Source: a bacterium (GTDB lineage: Bacteria > Armatimonadota > UBA5829). From it: a stretch of 64,000 bases of DNA. Shown piece by piece: positions 28,474 to 40,347 of the stretch. Numbering within the stretch: the first letter of the stretch is position 1; each line of letters starts with the position of its first letter. Location of the stretch: contig JAJFVF010000012.1 in assembly GCA_021371935.1 (NCBI GenBank), forward strand, positions 177,909-241,908. The letters are read 5' to 3'. The translations under genes and the position numbers were made by a program. Below the pieces are notes generated by a model, which searched no databases, was not told the origin of the DNA, and saw only the letters and a program-made list of their open reading frames with translations.

Positions 28474-29429
28474 AAAAAATACTCGGTATGATATTGCTCC
28501 TGATCGGGCTGGTAGCCATAATATGTGTCTACCAATACGCTACAACTGGCAGTGTCGTGTTTTTCAGCCCTGTCAACATTTCCAATCTGGCACAGCGCAT
28601 AGGCATGCTCGGCATCTATACTCTTGGGATGGGGATTGTGATCCTTTCCGGTGGTATTGATCTATCGGTAGGCTCAGTGGTCGGGCTTGTGGGCGTGATT
28701 ATCGCAATGGGCTATGTCAACTACGGCTGGAGCCCTTGGATTGTGAGTGTGGCGGTGCTGCCATTTTGCGCTTTGCTGGGTCTGTGGCACTCGTTTTTGA
28801 TCGGACATTTCAAACTGCAGCCTTTTATCGTAACGCTCAGTTCACTCCTTTTGTTAAGAGGACTTGCAAGGGGAATTTCAGGCGGCAAGGGGATCACACT
28901 CGAGCATCCAACTTTCCCTATCCTCGGAAACAATTCACTTCTGGGCATACCAATACCATTTCTCATATTGGTCGGCTTGGCGCTGATCGTCGGGTTCATA
29001 ATGAACTATACAGTCTGGGGGCGATATCTATATGCCATTGGACGCAACGAAGAAGCAGTGCGATACTCTGGTATCAAAGTCAACAATATGAGGACACTTG
29101 CCTATGTAATATGCGCAGTGCTCGCCGGAATAGCAGGGATCGTGGAATTCTCATACACTGGAGACGTACAGCCTGCAAACAGCGGCCTTATGTATGAGAT
29201 GTGGGCGATTGCAGCGGCAGTGCTTGGTGGATGCAGCATGCGCGGCGGCGAAGGTACTATGATCGGCATAATAGTAGGCGCCACGCTGATCCGCCTGATG
29301 GACAATGGAATCAATTTGATGGGTATTCCATCCGACTGGCAGTGGGCGGTGATTGGTGTGATTATCATCTGCGGTGTTATCGCCGATGCAATGCACAAAC
29401 AGCGCCAGGCAAAAAGGCTCAAGGCGTAA
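28470..29429 (+). CDS. Sugar ABC transporter permease (RbsC-like)
   Basis: GGIDLSVGS, GRYLYAIGRNEEA and IAAAVLGG. Confidence 0.93.
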   Translation: MKKILGMILLLIGLVAIICVYQYATTGSVVFFSPVNISNLAQRIGMLGIYTLGMGIVILSGGIDLSVGSVVGLVGVIIAMGYVNYGWSPWIVSVAVLPFCALLGLWHSFLIGHFKLQPFIVTLSSLLLLRGLARGISGGKGITLEHPTFPILGNNSLLGIPIPFLILVGLALIVGFIMNYTVWGRYLYAIGRNEEAVRYSGIKVNNMRTLAYVICAVLAGIAGIVEFSYTGDVQPANSGLMYEMWAIAAAVLGGCSMRGGEGTMIGIIVGATLIRLMDNGINLMGIPSDWQWAVIGVIIICGVIADAMHKQRQAKRLKA

Positions 29430-29573
29430 GAAGGTTTCTTTCTGTATTTTGAACAATATAGACATATACTTATGGTCCGGATGGGCATAACGAAAAGGTT
29501 GCCGCCGGACCACAATTATTGATATGGGACTTCGAGAGTAAACCCTGAATTTGATGCACATGGTGGATGGATA

Positions 29574-32500
29574 ATGCCCAAAAGAACTGATATCAGAAAA
29601 ATACTTGTCATAGGCAGCGGACCGGTCGTAATCGGCGAGGGCGGCGCTTTTGATTATATAGCTGCGCAGGCCTGCCGTGCCCTTAAAGAAGAGGGTTATG
29701 AGATTGTCATAGCAGACTCAAATCCCTCGACCATCACCACAGACCCAAATCTTGCCGACAAGACATATATCGAGCCGCTCACCTGCGATTCAATTACAAA
29801 GATAATCGAGATAGAAAAGCCCGACGCTCTATTGGCGAGCGTCGGTGGGCGCAGTGCGCTAAACCTTGCGATGGCTCTCGAAAGCAATGGAGCGCTCGCG
29901 AAACATTCCGTGACTATGATAGGAATGAACACGGATGTGCTCTCAAAGTGTGATGATCTGTCTGTGGCAGCTTCTGCCGGTGCAAAATATCCGATAGGCA
30001 AAACCGTATGCTCAATGGAAGAGGGCATGCAGGTGATAAGGCAGATCAAATTCCCTGCAATCCTCAGACCCTCCGGTGTAGCCGGAGGAGCTGGCAGTTC
30101 CATCACTTATAATCTGGAAGAATTCGGCCAGATGTTAGCATTCGCCTTGAAGACCAGCCCCGTGCGTCAGGTGTTGATAGAAAAGCCGTATATAGGCTGG
30201 AAGAATATCGAGTTTGAAGTCTTGCGTGACTCGAATGGCCGCAGCGTCACTATATCAGGCATGGAGAGTATAGACCCGACAGGTGTTCACTCCGGCGACA
30301 GCGCTATGGTCTACCCCATCCAGACAATGAGCGATGCACAAATCGAAAAACTCTCTGAGCTTTCCAAAAAGATCGCCGATACATCCGGTTTGGTTGGCTC
30401 CATGAGCATAGGTTTTGCAGTCGAGCCGTCCAGCGGAGAGATCGTTGTAATGGACATCGATCCTATCGCTACCAGGTTTACTGCCTTGGTCAGCAAGGCA
30501 GCAGGTGTTCCAATAGCGAAAATATCGGCCAAGCTGGCTTTAGGAGTTGGGCTCGACGAGATCACAGTTGCCGGTAAGCCCTGCAGCGAATTCGTGCCGC
30601 CGAGCGGCTATGTCGCGGTCAAGATGAGCAGGTTCGACTTTGAAAAGTTTCCCGACGCTGACACCACTTTAGGCACATCCATGAAATCGGTCGGCGTGGC
30701 GATGGCATTCGGCAGAGACTTCAAAGAGGCACTGCAAAAAGCCGTCAGGTCACTTGAGACCGGCCATCAGGGGATGGGCGCAGACGGCAGAGGCATATGT
30801 CCCAGCGCCGATCAGATAAATGAAGCGCTTGCCCGTCCCAATCCAGAAAGACTTTTCTTTGTAAGGTGTGCCCTTTCAGCAGGTATGACGGACGCTGAAA
30901 TCTGCGAGATTACCAGGATCGACCCGTATTTTATCAGCCAGATTCAGCAGTTACTAGAGTTTGAAAAGAAATTGGCTGGCAAGTCACTGGTGGCAGTGAC
31001 GTCTGAAACACTGCTTCAGGCAAAGCAGCTCGGTTATTCAGATGCGCAGCTAGCCGTGCTCCTCGAAACTGATGAGGAGCAGGTCCGCACTCGCAGGAAA
31101 GTCCTGGGTATCTGCAGCGGTTACGATTCAGCGGTGAACATGCTCTATTCCACGTACGAGCCGAAAGACAATAGCGTTGCTACTTCATCCGACAAGAAAG
31201 TGATTATCATCGGCGGCGGTCCCGACAGGATTGGCCAAGGAATAGACTTCGGTTACTGCCTGGTGCATGCGTCTCTGGCGCTGACTGAGGCCGGATACGA
31301 GAGCATCATAATAAACCCAAACCCTGAAGCCGTCTCGACTGATCCGGACTTATCGAGCAGGTTATATTTTGAGCCCCTTGAAAGCGAAAATGTGCTGAGC
31401 ATAATCGACCGCGAGAGGCCGATGGGCGTGATAATCAGCTTTTCTGGTCGTGCAGCTTCCAGGCTGAAAGCTGGCCTTTCAAAGGCCGGGGTAAATATAT
31501 TGGGGACATCTATCCAAAGTATAGAGCAAGCTTGTAAAGGTGATGCCATCGGCAAACTGGGTATCAAACAGACCGAATCCGGCACTGCAATATCTTTGGT
31601 TGATGCTTTGAATTGTGCCAACAAAATCGGCTATCCTGCACTTGCCAGGTGTGCTGATTCCATACGGATAGTCTATGATGACAGCGATATTACTGCATTT
31701 GTTCAGGAAATCGGAAATAAATCGCTGGAAAAGCCGCTTGTGATTGCCAAGTTTATCGAGGGCGCCATCAAAGTCGACTCGATTGCAGTTTCGGACGGCA
31801 AAGATACAGTCATATGCGGCGTTATGGAGCACATAGAGCAGGCTGGCGTCCATTCCGGCGACAGCGCTTCTTCCCTGCCGCCTTACAGCCTTACTCAAGA
31901 GACAATCGAAGAGATCAAACAACAAACGCGACAAATTGCGCTCGAGCTTGATATCAAAGGCCTTATGAGCGCTCAGTTTGCAATCAAGGACGGTGAGATA
32001 TATGTCCTCGGGGTCAACCCTATGGCTTGCCGGATGGTGCCGTTTGTATGCAAGGCGACCGGCATCGACTGGACGGAGGTCGCCACAAAGATTGCAATCG
32101 GCAAGTCTCTCAAGGATCAGGGCATATCCGAAATCGAACCAAAGCGGGTTTGTGTGAAAGAAGCTGTCTTCCCATTCACGAGGTATCCTGGGGTGGACGT
32201 GGTGCTTGGTCCTGAGATGAAGTCTACTGGTGAAGTAATGGGCATCAATGAAACCTTCGGGGCCGCCTATATCAAGGCAGAGATAGCCGCGGGCCAACTC
32301 CTGCCCGACAAAGGCACCGTGTTCATGAGTGTAGCCGACGCGGACAAGGACGAGGCTGTCGAGATAGCACGCAAACTCAATGAACTCGGGTTCGAGATTG
32401 TGGCGACACGCGGCACCGCCAAATCATTCAAATCCGCCGGGCTGTCCGTCCGCACAGTTTACAAAATAGGTGAAGGGCGGCCTGACGCGACTGACCTCAT

Positions 32501-32702
32501 CAAAAATGAAGAAATAGACTTGATTATCAACACCCCAAGCGGCAAAAAACCCAGGCAGCATGAGATTACGATCAGGAGCGCAGTCGTTGCTCGGGGAATT
32601 CCAATTATCACTACAATCGCAGGAGCGAAAGCGACTATCTTCGGAATGAGGACCATCCGTGATCATCACTCCATTGTGCGAAGTATCCAAGATTATAAAT
32701 AA
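29574..32702 (+). CDS. carB: Carbamoyl-phosphate synthase large subunit homolog, active sites degenerate
   Basis: MPKRTDIRKILVIGSGP start, duplicated ATP-grasp halves, GPEMKSTGEVMG and a C-terminal MGS domain. Many catalytic positions are substituted. Confidence 0.85.
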   Translation: MPKRTDIRKILVIGSGPVVIGEGGAFDYIAAQACRALKEEGYEIVIADSNPSTITTDPNLADKTYIEPLTCDSITKIIEIEKPDALLASVGGRSALNLAMALESNGALAKHSVTMIGMNTDVLSKCDDLSVAASAGAKYPIGKTVCSMEEGMQVIRQIKFPAILRPSGVAGGAGSSITYNLEEFGQMLAFALKTSPVRQVLIEKPYIGWKNIEFEVLRDSNGRSVTISGMESIDPTGVHSGDSAMVYPIQTMSDAQIEKLSELSKKIADTSGLVGSMSIGFAVEPSSGEIVVMDIDPIATRFTALVSKAAGVPIAKISAKLALGVGLDEITVAGKPCSEFVPPSGYVAVKMSRFDFEKFPDADTTLGTSMKSVGVAMAFGRDFKEALQKAVRSLETGHQGMGADGRGICPSADQINEALARPNPERLFFVRCALSAGMTDAEICEITRIDPYFISQIQQLLEFEKKLAGKSLVAVTSETLLQAKQLGYSDAQLAVLLETDEEQVRTRRKVLGICSGYDSAVNMLYSTYEPKDNSVATSSDKKVIIIGGGPDRIGQGIDFGYCLVHASLALTEAGYESIIINPNPEAVSTDPDLSSRLYFEPLESENVLSIIDRERPMGVIISFSGRAASRLKAGLSKAGVNILGTSIQSIEQACKGDAIGKLGIKQTESGTAISLVDALNCANKIGYPALARCADSIRIVYDDSDITAFVQEIGNKSLEKPLVIAKFIEGAIKVDSIAVSDGKDTVICGVMEHIEQAGVHSGDSASSLPPYSLTQETIEEIKQQTRQIALELDIKGLMSAQFAIKDGEIYVLGVNPMACRMVPFVCKATGIDWTEVATKIAIGKSLKDQGISEIEPKRVCVKEAVFPFTRYPGVDVVLGPEMKSTGEVMGINETFGAAYIKAEIAAGQLLPDKGTVFMSVADADKDEAVEIARKLNELGFEIVATRGTAKSFKSAGLSVRTVYKIGEGRPDATDLIKNEEIDLIINTPSGKKPRQHEITIRSAVVARGIPIITTIAGAKATIFGMRTIRDHHSIVRSIQDYK

Positions 32703-32714
32703 GAGGAAATATCA

Positions 32715-34934
32715 GTGTTACTGGACATTAAGGCAAAATGGGTGTGGCCGTCGAGCTATGAGTGCGGTCCAAATCAATACGTTCAGTTCAGGCATGAGTT
32801 TGATTTAGTCGAGTCGATAGAAAAAGCCAAGCTCATCATCAGTTGCGACACCAACTATGCCCTGTGGATAAACGGAGCATTCATAGACTGCGGACAGTAT
32901 CACGACTTTCCAAATCATAAGATTTGTGATGTGCTGGAGATCAGCAATCTTAAGCAGGGCAAAAATGTGCTCGCATGCCTTGTCTATTATCAGGGTGAGG
33001 ATAGCTTTCAGTATTTTAAAGGCTGGCCTGGACTCATATATCAGATCGAAGCCGGTGGAATAAAGATTACAAGCGGCACGCAGACTATCTGCCGGGTCGA
33101 CCCGAATTATAAGAACGGAGAGGTCGATAGAATCACATGTCAGCTCGGTTATACATTCGAGTATGACGCCAGGGGCACAGACAATTGGCGAGAACCAAAT
33201 TACACACCCGGCACTGATTGGAGTCATTTGTCGGATGTCGACACTACCAGCGTGCAGGATCGTCCCTTGGAAGCCGTCCGACCTGTCAAGAAGCTCATCT
33301 TCAAAGATAGAATAGAACCTCGCATTGCCGCTCAGGGAATCTTTGTCAGAAGAACCAGTGATGAAACTTCGCTCGCAGAGAGTATTCAGACGGACTGCCT
33401 GTCCACAAAGTGCATTGTAGACAGATTAGAAAGTGGTGCACTCTATCTCAGAAGCGAAGCCCAAGAAGATGCGGACGGGTATTACCTCGTCTTTGACCTC
33501 GGCAGGGAAGAAGCGGGAATTTTTGACCTGGACATAGACGCAGCAGCAGGGACAATAGTCGATATCTCATGGGGAGAACACCTCGATGACCTGAGAGTGC
33601 GTTCATATGTCGGGGGCAGGCACTTTGCAAGCAGATATATTTGTAAAGAATGCCGACAGAGTTTCATTCACCACTTCAAGAGGCTCGGCGGCAGATATGT
33701 TCAGCTTAATATAAGCAGCATATCGGACAATGTGACGATCTATTATGCGGGCATTGTCCCGACGGAATACCCCATTGAGAAGAAAGGCAGTTTCACCTGC
33801 TCGGACAGTCTTCATAACAAAATATACGAGACCTGCGCGCGCACATTGCACCTGTGCATGCACGATCACTATGAGGACACACCCTGGCGCGAACAGGCTT
33901 TATACGCCATGGATATGCGAAACCAGGCTCTGACGGGTTACTACTGCTTCGGTGAATATGATTTTCCCGCCGCTTCCATTGCGCTTTTGGGAAAGAGCCT
34001 GAGGGATGACGGCTTTCTGGAGATGTGTGCGCCTGCGCAGTTGTCTATCACCATACCGGTATTCAGCCTTGCCTGGGTTCTGGCTGCATCAGACCACTAT
34101 CACCACAGTGGAGATATAGATGCCCTGCGCGGTTCTTATCCTGTTGCGAAACCGATCGTGGATAAACGGGCAGAATCTATGGTTGATGGGCTTGTGCCTG
34201 TGCCATGCGGTGAGCAATACTGGCATTTCTATGACTGGGCATACTGGCTCGACGGCGGCGATCGTGTACTAGATAAAAAGCGTTTCGACGCTCCGTTCAA
34301 TTTATTCTATATACTCGCCCTCGACGCTGTTGCATCTTTGGCAGCAGCGCTGGGAGACAGCGATACGAATGCTGCCTACCAGTCTCTCGCAGACAGTTTG
34401 AGAAGCCGTGTCCACGAAGTGTTCTGGGATTTTCAAAATGGCGTATATCAGACATACGCAGGTGAATGCGCGGCCAGAGACCATTATTGCGAACTAGTGC
34501 AATCTCTTGCAATACTGGCAGGGATCTGCTCGAAAGAAACTGCCGCAGAGCTTCGCAAAAGACTGGCCACTGATGACAATGGTCTCGTGAAGACCACTCT
34601 CAGCTACACACTCTATAAGTTCGAGGCACTGCTGACTGATCCCGGCTCATACGGCGCATATGTCTTCGACCAGATAAAACGCGACTGGGGCTATATGCTT
34701 CTTCATGGCGCTACCAGCTTTTGGGAGACCATCAATGGCGCATCAGATTTTGCCGATGCGGGAAGCCTGTGTCATGGCTGGTCCGGGATACCGGCGTATT
34801 TCTACCATGCATACGGCCTGGGCATCAAGCCTACTGCACCTGGGTTCGCAAAATATGATCGTGCTCCCGCCCCTAATGTATTCGATAAAGTATTAGGAAT
34901 AGTACCTACTCCGAACGGGTCGATGCGTATTTAG
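32715..34934 (+). CDS. GH78 alpha-L-rhamnosidase-like glycoside hydrolase
   Basis: DTPWREQALY and GATSFWE...SLCHGWS; no signal peptide. Confidence 0.85.
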   Translation: MLLDIKAKWVWPSSYECGPNQYVQFRHEFDLVESIEKAKLIISCDTNYALWINGAFIDCGQYHDFPNHKICDVLEISNLKQGKNVLACLVYYQGEDSFQYFKGWPGLIYQIEAGGIKITSGTQTICRVDPNYKNGEVDRITCQLGYTFEYDARGTDNWREPNYTPGTDWSHLSDVDTTSVQDRPLEAVRPVKKLIFKDRIEPRIAAQGIFVRRTSDETSLAESIQTDCLSTKCIVDRLESGALYLRSEAQEDADGYYLVFDLGREEAGIFDLDIDAAAGTIVDISWGEHLDDLRVRSYVGGRHFASRYICKECRQSFIHHFKRLGGRYVQLNISSISDNVTIYYAGIVPTEYPIEKKGSFTCSDSLHNKIYETCARTLHLCMHDHYEDTPWREQALYAMDMRNQALTGYYCFGEYDFPAASIALLGKSLRDDGFLEMCAPAQLSITIPVFSLAWVLAASDHYHHSGDIDALRGSYPVAKPIVDKRAESMVDGLVPVPCGEQYWHFYDWAYWLDGGDRVLDKKRFDAPFNLFYILALDAVASLAAALGDSDTNAAYQSLADSLRSRVHEVFWDFQNGVYQTYAGECAARDHYCELVQSLAILAGICSKETAAELRKRLATDDNGLVKTTLSYTLYKFEALLTDPGSYGAYVFDQIKRDWGYMLLHGATSFWETINGASDFADAGSLCHGWSGIPAYFYHAYGLGIKPTAPGFAKYDRAPAPNVFDKVLGIVPTPNGSMRI

Positions 34935-34936
34935 GT

Positions 34937-35386
34937 TTACTGCACGGTCACAGTAAATGTCTGGGTCTTAATTGGCGCAATATCCTTTTCCCAGGGACGA
35001 GCATATTCCAGGACTATCTGAGTCGTGCCTTTACCTGCTGCCTGAAACGTCCACGCCTCGGTGCCGCCTGCACCCATCAGCCTGCTTTTGGGCTCATTAT
35101 AGACACTGCCCATAGATTTCACAATCTTCTCGTCAGGCTGATTGCCCAGCCGCCACTGATAACCCGTGGTTGCATTGGAATCCAGCGTGATCGCAAACTC
35201 GCTGCCTGCATTTGCCGCAATGGGTATTGCCTGTTTTGAAGATGCAGGCACAGTAGTGGTAATGGAAATCATCTCTTTCGGTTGTGGCGGCTGATCACTT
35301 TCGTCCGCAACGACGGTCAACGTAATAAGCATCAGGCATGCAAGCGAAACAAATAAACGAATGGTACTTGCCATAAATGCATTCAT
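34937..35386 (-). CDS. Chagasin-family (I42) cysteine protease inhibitor, exported
   Basis: Signal peptide; SNATTGYQW, GAGG and YARPWE. Confidence 0.9.
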   Translation of the reverse strand: MNAFMASTIRLFVSLACLMLITLTVVADESDQPPQPKEMISITTTVPASSKQAIPIAANAGSEFAITLDSNATTGYQWRLGNQPDEKIVKSMGSVYNEPKSRLMGAGGTEAWTFQAAGKGTTQIVLEYARPWEKDIAPIKTQTFTVTVQ

Positions 35387-35409
35387 CTCTCAATACCTCC
35401 TGATTGTAA

Positions 35410-37309
<1,900 letters not shown>

Positions 37310-37327
37310 AACAGTGTGAGTTGAAAT

Positions 37328-37798
37328 ATGACCATACGCAGGGCAAAACAGGAAGATAAAGAGGCTTTGTGGTCAATCCAGACTCAGGCCATACGGCGTC
37401 AGGGACTGAGCCACTATAGTCTTGAGCAGGTAGACACATGGGCTGGAGGAAATACGCATCGACCGGAAATGTACACAGAAAGCATCGATAAGGATGTCTT
37501 TCTTGTTGCCGATGATGATGGCAGAGTCGTTGGATTTACACACCTTAAGGATCAAACCGGTGAAATTTGCGCGCTCTACGTACATCCCGATTATATGGGC
37601 CGAGGCATCGGCAGAATGCTTTTTGAGAGAGTGCAAGAAGAAACCCACCGTGTAAATATCACCAAATTGTATGTGAAAGCCTCGCTGAATGCAGTGGAAT
37701 TTTATAAGAAAATGGGATTTATATCAGACCAACAGATCATGCATCGTTTCCGCGGCGGTATGCAAATACCCTGCATGATCATGTCAAAGGTCATATAA
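37328..37798 (+). CDS. GNAT-family N-acetyltransferase
   Basis: LYVHPDYMGRGIGR, ASLNAVEFYKKMGF. Confidence 0.9.
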   Translation: MTIRRAKQEDKEALWSIQTQAIRRQGLSHYSLEQVDTWAGGNTHRPEMYTESIDKDVFLVADDDGRVVGFTHLKDQTGEICALYVHPDYMGRGIGRMLFERVQEETHRVNITKLYVKASLNAVEFYKKMGFISDQQIMHRFRGGMQIPCMIMSKVI

Positions 37799-37910
37799 GC
37801 CTTTTCAGATCACACATTCTCCCGCTGCAGGTGGTTGCCTCTGAAGGATTCGGATTACACCTCGGGGAAGTCTTAACCATAATTCCAACCTCCAGCACAA
37901 ATTTCCGTAT

Positions 37911-39014
37911 ATGGAGAGTCAGATGAACTTATATATAGGCGCAACACGGCAAAATGACGGCAAGACAATTACATGCTTGGGTCTGATCTCCGCACTCAAG
38001 AAACGTCTGCCGAACGTGGGATATATCAAACCGGTCGGGCAGAGATATATTGAGATAAACAGCCATAAGATTGACGAAGATGCCCTGCTGATCAAGAAAG
38101 TTTACGATCTCAAAGGTAACCTCGAAGACATGTCTCCGATTGCCGTTCCGCGTCACTTCACGGAAGACTACATAGACAACCCCAATCGAGCAGACTTGGT
38201 GGATAAAATAATGGCTGCCTTCACGCGCGTGTCCATGGGTAATGATATCGTTGTCGTGGAAGGCACGGGGCATGCCGGGGTCGGGTCGGTGTTCGATATG
38301 TCTAATGGTGATGTCGCATCATTGCTCGGATGCAGGGCTGTTATAGTGTCTTCGGGCGGTATCGGACGGCCTATAGATGAAATTCTGCTCAACAAAGCAA
38401 TGTTCGATGCATCCGGTGTTGAAATTCTGGGAGCGATCGTCAATAAAGTCGAGGAAGAAAAATACGAAAAAGTGAAGTCCTACGTCACGCGAGGGCTTGA
38501 AAGAAAGGGAATCGACGTATTGGGTGTGATGCCGTATCGACCTATGCTATCCAACCCCACCGTTGAGCAACTGCTTGAAGATATTGACGGCGAACTGGTA
38601 AGTGGTGAGCGAGGGCTGCGCAATGTTGTTGGCAAGATGGTGATCGGCGCAATGCCTCCTCACCAGGCCATCGAATATATGCGAAGTGATGCTCTGCTCA
38701 TAACTCCCGGCACACGTGATGATATAATCCTTGCAGCAATGAGTTCGTGTATTTTAGGACACACGCCGAGTGTGGCAGGAATGATCCTGACCGGTGGGAC
38801 AACACCTCAGCCCAACATCATGGAACTGGTCGCAAAAACATACATTCCCGTAATCCTTGTCCGTGATGATACATACAGCGTTGCCTCAAAGATAGCCAAG
38901 CTGATCGTCAAAATCAGACCTGGAGATTTCGAGAAGATATCCGCTGCGGAAGCGTTGGTGGACGAGTTTGTGGATGTTGATCGCATAATAGAAAAGCTTC
39001 GTAAAGGTAATTAA
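37911..39014 (+). CDS. BioD-like/DRTGG-domain protein (Pta N-terminal-like)
   Basis: P-loop ATRQNDGKT, YIKPVG, VEGTGH and ITPGTRDD; no Pta catalytic domain. Confidence 0.85.
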   Translation: MESQMNLYIGATRQNDGKTITCLGLISALKKRLPNVGYIKPVGQRYIEINSHKIDEDALLIKKVYDLKGNLEDMSPIAVPRHFTEDYIDNPNRADLVDKIMAAFTRVSMGNDIVVVEGTGHAGVGSVFDMSNGDVASLLGCRAVIVSSGGIGRPIDEILLNKAMFDASGVEILGAIVNKVEEEKYEKVKSYVTRGLERKGIDVLGVMPYRPMLSNPTVEQLLEDIDGELVSGERGLRNVVGKMVIGAMPPHQAIEYMRSDALLITPGTRDDIILAAMSSCILGHTPSVAGMILTGGTTPQPNIMELVAKTYIPVILVRDDTYSVASKIAKLIVKIRPGDFEKISAAEALVDEFVDVDRIIEKLRKGN

Positions 39015-39022
39015 TTGCAATA

Positions 39023-40336
39023 ATGAGCGAAAACCTTACATATGACCAGGCGCTCGAATATATGAACGGGCTCCTGGTATTCGGAATAAAGTTCGGGCTG
39101 GACAGGATAAGAGCTTTGTCAGAGGCCTTAGGCAGCCCCCATAAACAGCTCAGGGTCATTCATGTAGGCGGCACAAACGGCAAAGGCTCCACTGCCGCAT
39201 TTATTCAGGCAATCTTGAGTGAGGCGGGGTATCGGACAGCTCTTTATGTGTCACCTTACGTGCGCGATATGCGTGAGAGGATCCAGATTGATGGACGTAT
39301 GATCGGCAGAGAAGAGTTTGCCGACATCATAAGCGAGATAAAGCCGGTCGCCGATAAGCTCAGTGAAACAGACCTGGGACCCGTGACTGAGTTTGAAGTC
39401 AAGACAATGGCAGCATATCTCTATTTTGCCAGACAGCGTGTTGACTTTGCAGTGATGGAAGTAGGCTTGGGAGGCAGATTCGATGCCACAAATATTGTTG
39501 AGCCGTATGTGACCGTGATTACAAATGTCAGTCTCGACCATATGGACCGTCTTGGTGATACGGTGGGCAAGATCGCGTTCGAGAAGGCCGGAATAATCAA
39601 AACCGGCAGTGTGTTAGTGACTGCAGTTGATGACGAAGAAGCCTGGCGAGTAATAATGGATCGGGCAAGGGAAGAAGGTGCTGAAGTCTGGAGAGTGATG
39701 AGTTCGCACTCCAGAAAGTCCGGCTCACCATCAGCCGATGTTCAGTTCAAATACACCAGCAAGGACTGTGACTTTTCGATTCGCGGTCCGCAAATGCAGA
39801 TGATAGGCTTGAAGCCCGGGCTGACAGGTCAGTTTCAGCATGTCAATGCGGCCACAGCCATAGCTGCCGTGCTTGCACTGGAAAAATATGAAGTGCGTAT
39901 ACCCCAGCAGGCAATTCGTGCAGGTATAGCTTATGCTTATATTCCAGGTCGGCTGGAAGTGATGCAAGATAACCCTAAGCTGATCGTGGATGGTGCGCAC
40001 AATCCCGCTGCTGCTCGAAGTCTTGCAAAGGCTGTGCGCGAGAACTTCAAATATGACAGACTTATTCTGGTGATTGGAATGCTGAGCACTCATCCATGCG
40101 AAGGTGTGCTCGCACGGCTCGCACCTATGGCATCGCTCATAATAGCAACACAGTCCAAATGGAAAAAAGCTCTGCCTGTACAAAAACTGGCAGACGAGGC
40201 TCGAAAACACTGTGATAACGTGGAGATTGTGATGAATGTGCCGGATGCGGTGAACCGTGCGCTTGAGATCGCAGACAAGAACGATCTGATACTGGTTACC
40301 GGCTCGTTTTATACTGTAGGTGAAGTCAAAATTTAG
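39023..40336 (+). CDS. folC: Folylpolyglutamate/dihydrofolate synthase
   Basis: HVGGTNGKGST, EVGLGGRFDATN, EKAGIIK, PGRLE and DGAHNP. Confidence 0.95.
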   Translation: MSENLTYDQALEYMNGLLVFGIKFGLDRIRALSEALGSPHKQLRVIHVGGTNGKGSTAAFIQAILSEAGYRTALYVSPYVRDMRERIQIDGRMIGREEFADIISEIKPVADKLSETDLGPVTEFEVKTMAAYLYFARQRVDFAVMEVGLGGRFDATNIVEPYVTVITNVSLDHMDRLGDTVGKIAFEKAGIIKTGSVLVTAVDDEEAWRVIMDRAREEGAEVWRVMSSHSRKSGSPSADVQFKYTSKDCDFSIRGPQMQMIGLKPGLTGQFQHVNAATAIAAVLALEKYEVRIPQQAIRAGIAYAYIPGRLEVMQDNPKLIVDGAHNPAAARSLAKAVRENFKYDRLILVIGMLSTHPCEGVLARLAPMASLIIATQSKWKKALPVQKLADEARKHCDNVEIVMNVPDAVNRALEIADKNDLILVTGSFYTVGEVKI

Positions 40337-40347
40337 GAAGGTGCACT

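Noticed and set aside
29473-29512. TGGTCCGG/CCGGACCA hairpin as a PyrR attenuator
   Set aside because: It has no ARUCCNGNGAGGYU loop; it may simply be the permease terminator.
29527-29585. TPP-riboswitch-like words (GAGAG..ACCC.GAA..TGAT...GGATAATGCC) upstream of carB
   Set aside because: CTGAGA and AGCGTAGG are missing, the ATAATGCC match is the carB start codon itself, and thiamine control makes no sense for this gene.
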